A DNA stretch of 64,000 bases, from IMG/VR virus record IMGVR_UViG_3300042731_007874; one strand, written 5' to 3'. Shown here piece after piece: positions 46,591 to 54,467 of the stretch. Source of the DNA: a virus. Below the pieces are notes generated by a model. That model was not told the origin of the DNA. It saw nothing but the letters and a program-made list of their open reading frames with translations, and searched no databases. Numbering within the stretch: the stretch's first letter is position 1; every line of letters starts with the position of its first letter. Made by a program: the position numbers and the translations under genes.

Positions 46591-49008
46591 TTAACTCCGA
46601 AGCAGTTGTTTTCTCTCCTCTAGCTCCTTAAGAGCTACTTCTTTATTAACATAAACCATACGCGCTGGTCCAGCATAAAGATTCAAAAATTCTGCTCCGG
46701 TATAACCAGAAATCTTATTTTTGCCAAAACGGACTCCAATTCTTGGTTGAATAATTCCTTCTTGGTCGATATGAATTACTTCTGCTCTTTCTTCTCCTTT
46801 TAAATGAAGCTCGTTATATAAATGAATAATAACGTCCGCGTCATATTCTAGACTTCTACTAGAAGCAATTGCCGCATTACTTGGCGCTTCTCCAGGCTGT
46901 AGCTTTCTGTATTCTACAGTAGCCAAAATTGTCATTTGATTAGCAACTGCACTCCTCTTAAGATGATTGCTCATCTTTTTGACTCTTTCTGTCTCGTTGA
47001 GGGCTTCTAGATCAGGAAGTTTATGAAAGTTATCTATACATAGAAGAATATGTTTATCTGGAAATTGATTTCTATAGTACTTTGCTATATTTTCAATATA
47101 AGCAAAAGAACTTCCATCTGAAGTATCTTTTATTACAAGCTTATTCTCTTGCGCTAGTTTTAAAAGCTTTCTATATCCTTCATCTCTTAGTTTGGTAATT
47201 CCTGGTTTTTGTCTTTCCCAATATACTGGAGCAGAAACATCATTCTGATGCAGGAACAGTTCTTTAGTTCCATGACAAACCCATTTATAGACAATTCTGT
47301 TCTTTGCATCATCTATAGAATGATAGATACAGATTGCATTGTTCTTTGGGTTGTTTGCAACTTCATATAAGATTTGCGCAGCTAAAGTACTTTTCCCACT
47401 TTGAGAAGATCCACCTAAGTAAACTAATGCATTTTCTCTCCAATTTCCATTCAAACGAAGACCTAATTCTCCTAAAGTAGCAGGATTAAGAAGGAATCCT
47501 TCAAAGCTTCCATCTTTTGCATCATCTACTTCTTTCTGAGACATGATAGAGGCAAAGGTAGATTTTATTTCTTCTTTCCCTTGTGTTGTTTTGTTAATAT
47601 CTGAGATTGCTTGTTGACAAGCAGCTAGACTTAGCTCTGCATCCTCTGGGTTTCGTCTAACTTCTTGAACAAAAGATTCAATTGCATTTGTCTTAAGAGT
47701 GTGGATTTCTTTTTCTTTTTCATTTCTTTGTCGTTTAACTTCGGCCATAATATTGCCAAAGTCATAGCCAGTCATTTTTGCAACTTGTTTGGATAGTTCT
47801 TCTTGTCTAATATAGTTTGATTCAGACACAATAATCGGAATCATAGTATCTGCAATTTCTCTACATTTCTCTTCGTCTGGTTCGTCTTCGTTTTCGTCTA
47901 TGAACTTCTTCATTCGCCATTCAAAGGCAGTCCATTTCTTAAGACGAATAAAAGCATCTATCCCATTTTGTCTTACAAATTCATCTGGATCTTTTGGGTC
48001 TTCTGGTAATTGACAAATTTGAACTCTGAAATCTTTTTCTTTTGCGAATTTTTCATCTAGGATTTTTTCTGTAGCAATTCTACCTGGCCCATCTCCATCA
48101 AGCATAAGGACTATTTTAAAACAGCCATATCTTTTCAATAAGTGAAGATGATGATCAGTGAATGCTGTTCCCATAATACCACAGCAATTCATTAATCCAT
48201 GTTGTCTTAAGGTAATTACATTGGCTTGGCCTTCAAAAATATATAACGGACTAGGGGCTTCTTTTGCGATTTCAAAACCATAGAGACGCTCTCCTTTTCT
48301 AAAAATCGCGCATTCTAGTCCTGTTTGTCTTGTGTTTATGTATTTTCCAGAGCCATCTTCTCTATCAAGTCTTTTTGCAGAGAATCCAACGGGTCTCCCT
48401 TCTGCATCATAGACAGTAAAAATTAGATTATTGTTTTCAAATAAAGTAGGATTAGATAGATCTATACCATCAAGGAATCTAGCTTCAAATCCTGCAGATT
48501 TCAGTTGTCTGCGGAATTCATTATAGTTAACCGTGCCAATTCCCCACTTAGCAACATTTTCTTTATTCCAGTTTCTACGTTCTATTTCTTTATCAATAAG
48601 AGAATAATCACCAAAGGATCTATCTGAAACTAGCTTAGCTGCTAATCTATAAGCTTCATAAGTTTTGTATTCATAAATCTCTTCTTGAGTAAGGTCTGCC
48701 AGCTCTGCTTGTATGCCATATTTCTTTGCAAAATATAAAACATTTTCCTCAACCCAAGCTCTTCCTTTCTCTGGCTTATTTTCTAATATCGAAGCAGCCT
48801 TAAACAGATCACAAACAGTTCCACATCCAAAGCAAAAAGCTGCTTCCGGATGTTGCTTTACTGTCATTGAGAAATTATTATCTTCGTGTTTTGGATTAAG
48901 ACACTTAAAATTTTTAGTCGTATTTATACCGCGTTCTTCTAGATATTGAGGCAAGAAAGGTTTTAGTTGTTTGCATAGAGATTCTAAATTGACAATTCTC
49001 TGTTTCAA
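46591..49008 (-). CDS. Bifunctional DNA primase-helicase (CHC2 Zn finger, TOPRIM, DnaB-like)
   Basis: CLNPKHED...CFGC; VGFSAK; KYINT; LYGF; FEG; LDGDGPG; KDPDE; Walker A GGSSQSGKST; IDNFH; SRSLEYDADVII.LY. Confidence 0.9.
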   Translation of the reverse strand: MKQRIVNLESLCKQLKPFLPQYLEERGINTTKNFKCLNPKHEDNNFSMTVKQHPEAAFCFGCGTVCDLFKAASILENKPEKGRAWVEENVLYFAKKYGIQAELADLTQEEIYEYKTYEAYRLAAKLVSDRSFGDYSLIDKEIERRNWNKENVAKWGIGTVNYNEFRRQLKSAGFEARFLDGIDLSNPTLFENNNLIFTVYDAEGRPVGFSAKRLDREDGSGKYINTRQTGLECAIFRKGERLYGFEIAKEAPSPLYIFEGQANVITLRQHGLMNCCGIMGTAFTDHHLHLLKRYGCFKIVLMLDGDGPGRIATEKILDEKFAKEKDFRVQICQLPEDPKDPDEFVRQNGIDAFIRLKKWTAFEWRMKKFIDENEDEPDEEKCREIADTMIPIIVSESNYIRQEELSKQVAKMTGYDFGNIMAEVKRQRNEKEKEIHTLKTNAIESFVQEVRRNPEDAELSLAACQQAISDINKTTQGKEEIKSTFASIMSQKEVDDAKDGSFEGFLLNPATLGELGLRLNGNWRENALVYLGGSSQSGKSTLAAQILYEVANNPKNNAICIYHSIDDAKNRIVYKWVCHGTKELFLHQNDVSAPVYWERQKPGITKLRDEGYRKLLKLAQENKLVIKDTSDGSSFAYIENIAKYYRNQFPDKHILLCIDNFHKLPDLEALNETERVKKMSNHLKRSAVANQMTILATVEYRKLQPGEAPSNAAIASSRSLEYDADVIIHLYNELHLKGEERAEVIHIDQEGIIQPRIGVRFGKNKISGYTGAEFLNLYAGPARMVYVNKEVALKELEERKQLLRS

Positions 49009-49020
49009 TGAATTTCCTTT

Positions 49021-50070
49021 TTAATAATTTTCGCAAATGAGTTTACTTGCTTCTAAAAGATTTTTAACAATATGATCTGGATTTACTTTATTCCAGTCTA
49101 CTTCTTTTCCATATCCTGTTTTAACTGCAATAGTAATGATAGGTTCGTTTGTGCAAGCCGCAAGAATATCAGAAGGCCTATCTCCTATCATAAATTGGTT
49201 GTTAGATCGTCTTTTGTATTTGATATCTTTTTGTGCTTTATAAAGCATTCCCGGATTTGGTTTTCTATAAAACGATCTAGAGAAAAGATCAGGACAATAA
49301 TATACTTTATCTATTCTTGCTCCTTCTTTCTTTACTAAAGATATCATTTTTTTGTTTATCTTGAGAAAATCTTCTTTTGTAAGAAAGCCGTAGCCTATTC
49401 CAGCTTGGTTAGTAATAACAACAACTGCAAAGTTTTTCTCGTTAAATCTTTTAATTGCTTCTGTTGCTCCTTCTGTAAATTCGAAATCTTTTGGATCATG
49501 AAGATAGTTTACTTCTTTGTTAATAACACCGTCTCGATCAAGAAAAACAATTCCGTCATAAATATGAGATTCTGAACATTCTACTAAAAGTTCTTTGTTA
49601 ATAACATCTTCGATAATATTAGAGGTATGAATATCACAATTTATTTTATCTAAAATTTTAATTTCTCCAGAAAAATTTTTGACTTCTGAATGTTGTTCTA
49701 GTTGTTTTTTTGTATAGTCAGGCCCTTTGAAAAAGAAATCTGGTTGAAGCTGTTTAAGGTTCTCATGATTATCTGTTTCTGTAAATAGAAAACAATAATC
49801 AACATACTCTAGAGCAGCAATACAAGAAATTCTTTGAGATTCCGGGATAATAGGTCGGTTTGAATTTTTATATGATTGAATTGAGGAATCTGAGTTAACT
49901 CCAATTATTAACATATCACAGTTTTCTTTTGCTTCTTGAAGCCGCACAATATGGCCTAAATGTAATAGATCAAAAGCACCGGAGGTAAAACCAATTCTAA
50001 TATTGCTGTTTACTTTTTTGGTTGCTTCTTTTACAAGAATTGCTTCTTCTCTTGTTATTATTTTACTCAT
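49021..50070 (-). CDS. Fusion of RfaE/HldC-type nucleotidyltransferase and D,D-heptose 1,7-bisphosphate phosphatase (GmhB-like HAD)
   Basis: N-terminal TSGAFDLLHLGH...GVNSDSS...RPI....R; C-terminal FLDRDGVIN, VITNQAGI, YYCP, RKPNPGML, MIGDR.SD. Confidence 0.85.
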   Translation of the reverse strand: MSKIITREEAILVKEATKKVNSNIRIGFTSGAFDLLHLGHIVRLQEAKENCDMLIIGVNSDSSIQSYKNSNRPIIPESQRISCIAALEYVDYCFLFTETDNHENLKQLQPDFFFKGPDYTKKQLEQHSEVKNFSGEIKILDKINCDIHTSNIIEDVINKELLVECSESHIYDGIVFLDRDGVINKEVNYLHDPKDFEFTEGATEAIKRFNEKNFAVVVITNQAGIGYGFLTKEDFLKINKKMISLVKKEGARIDKVYYCPDLFSRSFYRKPNPGMLYKAQKDIKYKRRSNNQFMIGDRPSDILAACTNEPIITIAVKTGYGKEVDWNKVNPDHIVKNLLEASKLICENY

Positions 50071-50638
50071 AGTTGGAAATATACTCTTTCACTTTGCTAA
50101 AATTATCAACAGAAATAACTCTATTTTCTTGTCTATATTTTAGATTCCAAGGTTGTTCAGTCATAATCCCAGTTTGTGTAGTTAGTTTACTAATCACTTT
50201 TGGATCGTCATCAACCATATAATCTACATTAATAAGAGTTTTATTAGAAGAACTATCTACATAAATAATGTCGTAGTTGATGTCTTTAAGATGATGTTTT
50301 AGCCATCTTGTTTTTTCTGAAGTACAATTATAAAAATTTATTGCTCTAGAAATGATAATAATTTTATTTTTTTTGTTCAATTGTTTTAGTGTTTCAACTA
50401 CCTCTGGAAAAATATCTAGATAAGTAAAAAATTCTGGTTGAATAAGATTTTCTAATAGGTTTTTTTCTTCTTTTGAAATAGGAAATTTCTTATTAAGCAC
50501 AGTTTTAAGGTTGTATTCTGTAATATCTGTTCTTTTAATATTATTACCTGGGCTTCCATATTTATTATTTGCAGCTCTTACAAAACCACCAATAAAGTCA
50601 GCAATGGTTCCATCCATATCGATACCAATTGTATGCAT
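50063..50638 (-). CDS. 5'(3')-deoxyribonucleotidase (HAD, NT5C-like)
   Basis: IGIDMDGTIADF, EKTRWL..H, VDDDP, QPWN; start set at MHTIG (50638) after AAGGA. Confidence 0.85.
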   Translation of the reverse strand: MHTIGIDMDGTIADFIGGFVRAANNKYGSPGNNIKRTDITEYNLKTVLNKKFPISKEEKNLLENLIQPEFFTYLDIFPEVVETLKQLNKKNKIIIISRAINFYNCTSEKTRWLKHHLKDINYDIIYVDSSSNKTLINVDYMVDDDPKVISKLTTQTGIMTEQPWNLKYRQENRVISVDNFSKVKEYISNYE

Positions 50639-50651
50639 TTTACTTTCCTTC

Positions 50652-51566
50652 TTATTTTTGGAGAGAGAATTCGTCTTTCTTGCATTGTCCTCTATAATGA
50701 CAATAGCTACAATGCCAGTCACCAATCGGGGTTCCTTTCTTTACCCAAGCATCATATGATTTTTTCTTTATATATCCAATTGAATTAAGATATTCAACTT
50801 GATCATTTGGAATTTCGTTATAGTAGTCTTTTGGTGGAAGTTCTTCTTTTTTTAGATAACCAACTAACTCTTGAAATCTTTTCTCGATATCACTGTATTT
50901 AAAAGGATAATAAATCTTCTTGTCTGAGAAATAGTTCCAATATGGACCAGGAACTTGTTGATACCAGCATTGTCCGTTGTCATCAATTCCTATCTCAAAC
51001 TCAACCCTATGTCCGTCTCCACGCTCTATATAGTAAATTCGTGCTCTTGGAATTTCAGTTCTATATTCATTATGATATGTAATGGCTTGTAAATAATGTT
51101 CGATTTTTGGCGCTCCTGGAATAGGAGGTTTTTTTGCTCCACAGATTTGTCTACCAGCATAATGTCCATAAAAAGATTTAATCTCTTCTATAATTAACTC
51201 TTCAGTAACTGGATCTTTAATAACAATATCTAGTTCTCCAGAAACAATAAATTTAGGAGCAAAGAATTTTACAGCATTTGCGACATAGATCCCCATCTCT
51301 TTAACTCGTTCAATAACAGACAGCTCTGCTTTTTTACCAAGCTCTGCCTTCATCTTTAAGTTTGGCTCGAAACTTCTTTCTGATTTATATCCTTTTACTC
51401 TATAGTAGGCGGCTCTAAGACAAGTTCCCTCGGTAATCTCTTTCATGTCTTCTGTTAGATATTTAACCGAAGCTTCTGAAGGATAAAGTCCTGGCCTAAG
51501 CTTTGCAAAAGATCGCTTGTTTGCCATAAAATTATTTTCTGATTCAACTAGTGAAAAATTATTCAT
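50652..51566 (-). CDS. Cas4-like PD-(D/E)XK exonuclease
   Basis: YPSEA...CLRAAYY, SGELDIV, EEIKS, HYLQ..Y, C-terminal WHCSYCHYRGQC. Confidence 0.8.
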   Translation of the reverse strand: MNNFSLVESENNFMANKRSFAKLRPGLYPSEASVKYLTEDMKEITEGTCLRAAYYRVKGYKSERSFEPNLKMKAELGKKAELSVIERVKEMGIYVANAVKFFAPKFIVSGELDIVIKDPVTEELIIEEIKSFYGHYAGRQICGAKKPPIPGAPKIEHYLQAITYHNEYRTEIPRARIYYIERGDGHRVEFEIGIDDNGQCWYQQVPGPYWNYFSDKKIYYPFKYSDIEKRFQELVGYLKKEELPPKDYYNEIPNDQVEYLNSIGYIKKKSYDAWVKKGTPIGDWHCSYCHYRGQCKKDEFSLQK

Positions 51567-51933
51567 TAACTTTGTCCTTTACTTCAATCTTGTCTGCTTC
51601 CTTTTTAAGACTTTCTGCATATCCATTAAGATATTCTGCTAGTTTATGGCCGTATCTTCGCATGATTTTTTCTGCTTGGTCTGCATTCCTACATGGACAG
51701 TCAAAAACTATTTCTCCTACAAAAGGAATAAACATAGTACTTACAGTAGAGTCCCGGTCAAAGTATTTATTCGGATCTTTTTTCCTTTTTGTTTCAAGTT
51801 CTTCGAACTCGCCTTCCTCGTAGTTCGGAATATCATCAGGATGGCTAACATAATGTACTCGACCACATGCACATTCTCGCACCAAGCCCCCACCTCTTGA
51901 ACCAAAAACTTTCTCGAAAAGTGCTGAAATCAT
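51559..51933 (-). CDS. Hypothetical Cys-containing protein
   Basis: SD AAGGAG; CACG and CPC motifs. Confidence 0.6.
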   Translation of the reverse strand: MISALFEKVFGSRGGGLVRECACGRVHYVSHPDDIPNYEEGEFEELETKRKKDPNKYFDRDSTVSTMFIPFVGEIVFDCPCRNADQAEKIMRRYGHKLAEYLNGYAESLKKEADKIEVKDKVNE

Positions 51934-51965
51934 TTATTCTTCTCCTTTTTGTTTATCTATCTATT

Positions 51966-51982
51966 TGACAGTTTTACTGTCA
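51966..51982. promoter_or_regulatory. Perfect 7-bp inverted repeat (possible operator or hairpin)
   Basis: TGACAGT-TTT-ACTGTCA in one of the few intergenic gaps of the - block. Confidence 0.3.
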
Positions 51983-52360
51983 TATTGAGCCATCTTCTTC
52001 TCCTTGCTCTTCTATCCATCTGCCATTTTTATCTTTAACTTCTATTTTGATGTTTCTCATTTCTTTTTCAACTTTCTTTTTTATATTTTCTATAAGTCCC
52101 ATTTGTTTAGCAGCTTCTATTTTTACCCAAGTTTGAAATTCTTTACTCTCTGCCATTCTTTTGAAGGCCAGCTTTTTGTTTTGCCATTGAGATCTTTCAT
52201 CTTGAGCTTGTCCAACGGCATTTGAAGGATGATGAATAATTCTTACAGCAGTGTCTCTTTTGTTTCTATTTTGCCCGCCTTTACCAGAACCTCTATAAGT
52301 TTGGACTTCACAATCATGGATTGTTACTGAAAGAAGTTTCTCTCTATTCTTCTTCATCAT
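51980..52360 (-). CDS. Stand-alone class I release-factor (GGQ) domain / peptidyl-tRNA hydrolase
   Basis: TYRGSGKGGQNRNKRDTAVRIIHHPS...QDERSQWQNKKLA; start set at MMKKNREK (52360). Confidence 0.88.
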   Translation of the reverse strand: MMKKNREKLLSVTIHDCEVQTYRGSGKGGQNRNKRDTAVRIIHHPSNAVGQAQDERSQWQNKKLAFKRMAESKEFQTWVKIEAAKQMGLIENIKKKVEKEMRNIKIEVKDKNGRWIEEQGEEDGSI

Positions 52361-53063
52361 CTTTGTATTCATAAGTGCCATGTTCATTAAGAACATAATC
52401 GTTTTTGCATTCTGGCCTAAGCTTAAAAGCTATTTCATAAGCTTCTTTTGAGTATCCTGTAAATCTTTCAAGCTCTAGTTCTCCGGCTTTTGCTTTGCCA
52501 ACCCCACAGTTAGAACCAATATCCTCATCAGAATATTCATATTCTAGAGTTATATCTGGACAAAGTTTACTCATCTCTTGAATAATACCTGGAACTCCAG
52601 ACCAAGCAGTTTCAAAAGTAAATATATTCCAACTTTCTTTTTTACATGAATAAGAATTCCATTTCGTTCCCCAGTTTGAAATATTCCAATCATACCAGTT
52701 AGGTCGTCCTGATTCTTCACATTCTTTCCTTTCTTTTTCTCCTAAGTCTCCTTTAAAGATATTCTCTGGAGGAGGAATTACCTTTTCAAAATCCGGGAAA
52801 TGAGTCCAGGCTTGATTAATTTGAAAGACATACTCTTCTGGAAGACCAACTACTGGATCTTTTCCTCTTCTAGAGAAAGTTCCGGTTTTTTCATCAAACC
52901 AGCCATAACAAAGAGAATCAGATTTATGATTACAGATTATTCCTCCTCCATAAATAGCTCTTGCTAACTCTGCGGGATAATAAGTACTAAATTTATCAAG
53001 AACTTCTTCTACTTGTTCTGACGTCCCTAGAATTGTTATTCGGTTTTTAATATGATTTGGCAT
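52344..53063 (-). CDS. DUF1281/YubB ferredoxin-like-domain phage protein
   Basis: MPNH..NRI, DFEKVIPPP, WYDWNISNWGTKWN, FETAWS. Confidence 0.75.
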   Translation of the reverse strand: MPNHIKNRITILGTSEQVEEVLDKFSTYYPAELARAIYGGGIICNHKSDSLCYGWFDEKTGTFSRRGKDPVVGLPEEYVFQINQAWTHFPDFEKVIPPPENIFKGDLGEKERKECEESGRPNWYDWNISNWGTKWNSYSCKKESWNIFTFETAWSGVPGIIQEMSKLCPDITLEYEYSDEDIGSNCGVGKAKAGELELERFTGYSKEAYEIAFKLRPECKNDYVLNEHGTYEYKDDEEE

Positions 53064-53065
53064 AA

Positions 53066-53497
53066 TTATTCTTCTTTCTTATTAAAACGTTCACTTGCTA
53101 AAACAACAGAACTATTGTTTTCTTCTTCAATTATTTCTTCTTTCTTTTCTACTTTTTCATTTTCGATAACTTTTCCTTTTGCTTCTTCTACTTTCGTTTC
53201 TAGCTGTTCTTTAATGTGAGCAATATATTTTTCTGTGTTCTCTCGGACTTTAGAGGATTTTTCTATAACCTCGTCTTTTGTAATGATGTTTTTCTCTATT
53301 AAGATTTCAAACAGTACATTAACAAGACCTTCAAATTCTTTATTAACAATGGCATTATTAATACTATGCTCTTCTTGTCTGGCTACTCCTACAGACAAAT
53401 AAGAAATTTTCTGTAGAAGACCGGTAAGCATCGTCATCATCTGTTGAGAATTTGATCCTTGGTTCACAATGTGTTTAATCATATCTTGTTCGTTCAT
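53066..53497 (-). CDS. Hypothetical coiled-coil protein
   Basis: SD AAGGAG; helical E/K-rich sequence. Confidence 0.6.
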   Translation of the reverse strand: MNEQDMIKHIVNQGSNSQQMMTMLTGLLQKISYLSVGVARQEEHSINNAIVNKEFEGLVNVLFEILIEKNIITKDEVIEKSSKVRENTEKYIAHIKEQLETKVEEAKGKVIENEKVEKKEEIIEEENNSSVVLASERFNKKEE

Positions 53498-53512
53498 AAT
53501 ATCTCCTTTATA

Positions 53513-54457
53513 TTATTTTGCTGTGTTAACAACTAACGCTTTTCGGGTTTCTTTATCAAGGGAAGAAAACCTGCTTCTTCCAATTCCGCCGCAATCATTA
53601 CATCTAAAAGATTTATATTTACCTGCAGGAGTAATATAACTTCCTCTCCAGTTAAGAGAAGTAGAACCACAATGTCCGCATACAGGTTCTTTGGACTCTA
53701 GATAAACTCCAATATTAGGAACAGAAGTAAACCATGGAAGCATTTCAAGAAAGACTTCTTCTAATAATGTAACATCATAGTTATTATATTCGAGCATTCT
53801 CTTTAATGCTTTTCGATTTCCTTGATCACACTGTCTCCATAACTCAAAATCAGTATGTAGCTTTTCTTTTCTGGAGATGATCTGAGTTATCCAGTTTAGT
53901 TTATGAGATGTAAACCCAAAGGTTTTTCTACTCTGTTCTAAAGTATCTATAACCGCAAATGGAGTTGTTGGCTTCATCTTGTTACAAAAGAACCTGGCCT
54001 TTAGTTTTTTGACATCAAAATGAGTTCCATTATGAGCTACACAAATATCACATTCTTCTAATAGATCCCAGATTCCTTTAAGGATTCTTTTGTCAGATCT
54101 TTGTGGCGCTTCATATGGGGTTAAGATATCTGAATACATTTTTGAATCAAACAACCATTTAGCAGACCAAGATAAAGCACACCAGTCCTTAATTATCATT
54201 TCTATAGGAATGTTTTGTTTGAATAAACCCCATACATAAGACTGAATAGGCAATGTTTCTATGTCAAAAATAAGTATTTTTGGAAATGATTTAGAGTTTT
54301 TTATTGATTTATTTTCTGTTCTTTTTAAGAACTTACGGATTGCTTCTTTGCTTTTATTAGAGCCAATGAGCTTAAGCTCTTTTCTTATCTGTTTATAAGA
54401 ATATCTTTGCCATTTTAGTTTTTTGGCAAGATTGCTTTCTTGTTCAGTCCAGTTCAT
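53513..54457 (-). CDS. RNase H-fold (DEDD/DnaQ-like) 3'-5' exonuclease with N-terminal HTH and C-terminal Zn ribbon
   Basis: FDIET, AHNG..FD, IDTL, YN..DV; CGHCGS...CNDCG; start set at MNWTE (54457) after GAAAGGA. Confidence 0.8.
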   Translation of the reverse strand: MNWTEQESNLAKKLKWQRYSYKQIRKELKLIGSNKSKEAIRKFLKRTENKSIKNSKSFPKILIFDIETLPIQSYVWGLFKQNIPIEMIIKDWCALSWSAKWLFDSKMYSDILTPYEAPQRSDKRILKGIWDLLEECDICVAHNGTHFDVKKLKARFFCNKMKPTTPFAVIDTLEQSRKTFGFTSHKLNWITQIISRKEKLHTDFELWRQCDQGNRKALKRMLEYNNYDVTLLEEVFLEMLPWFTSVPNIGVYLESKEPVCGHCGSTSLNWRGSYITPAGKYKSFRCNDCGGIGRSRFSSLDKETRKALVVNTAK

Positions 54458-54467
54458 TATTGTCCTT

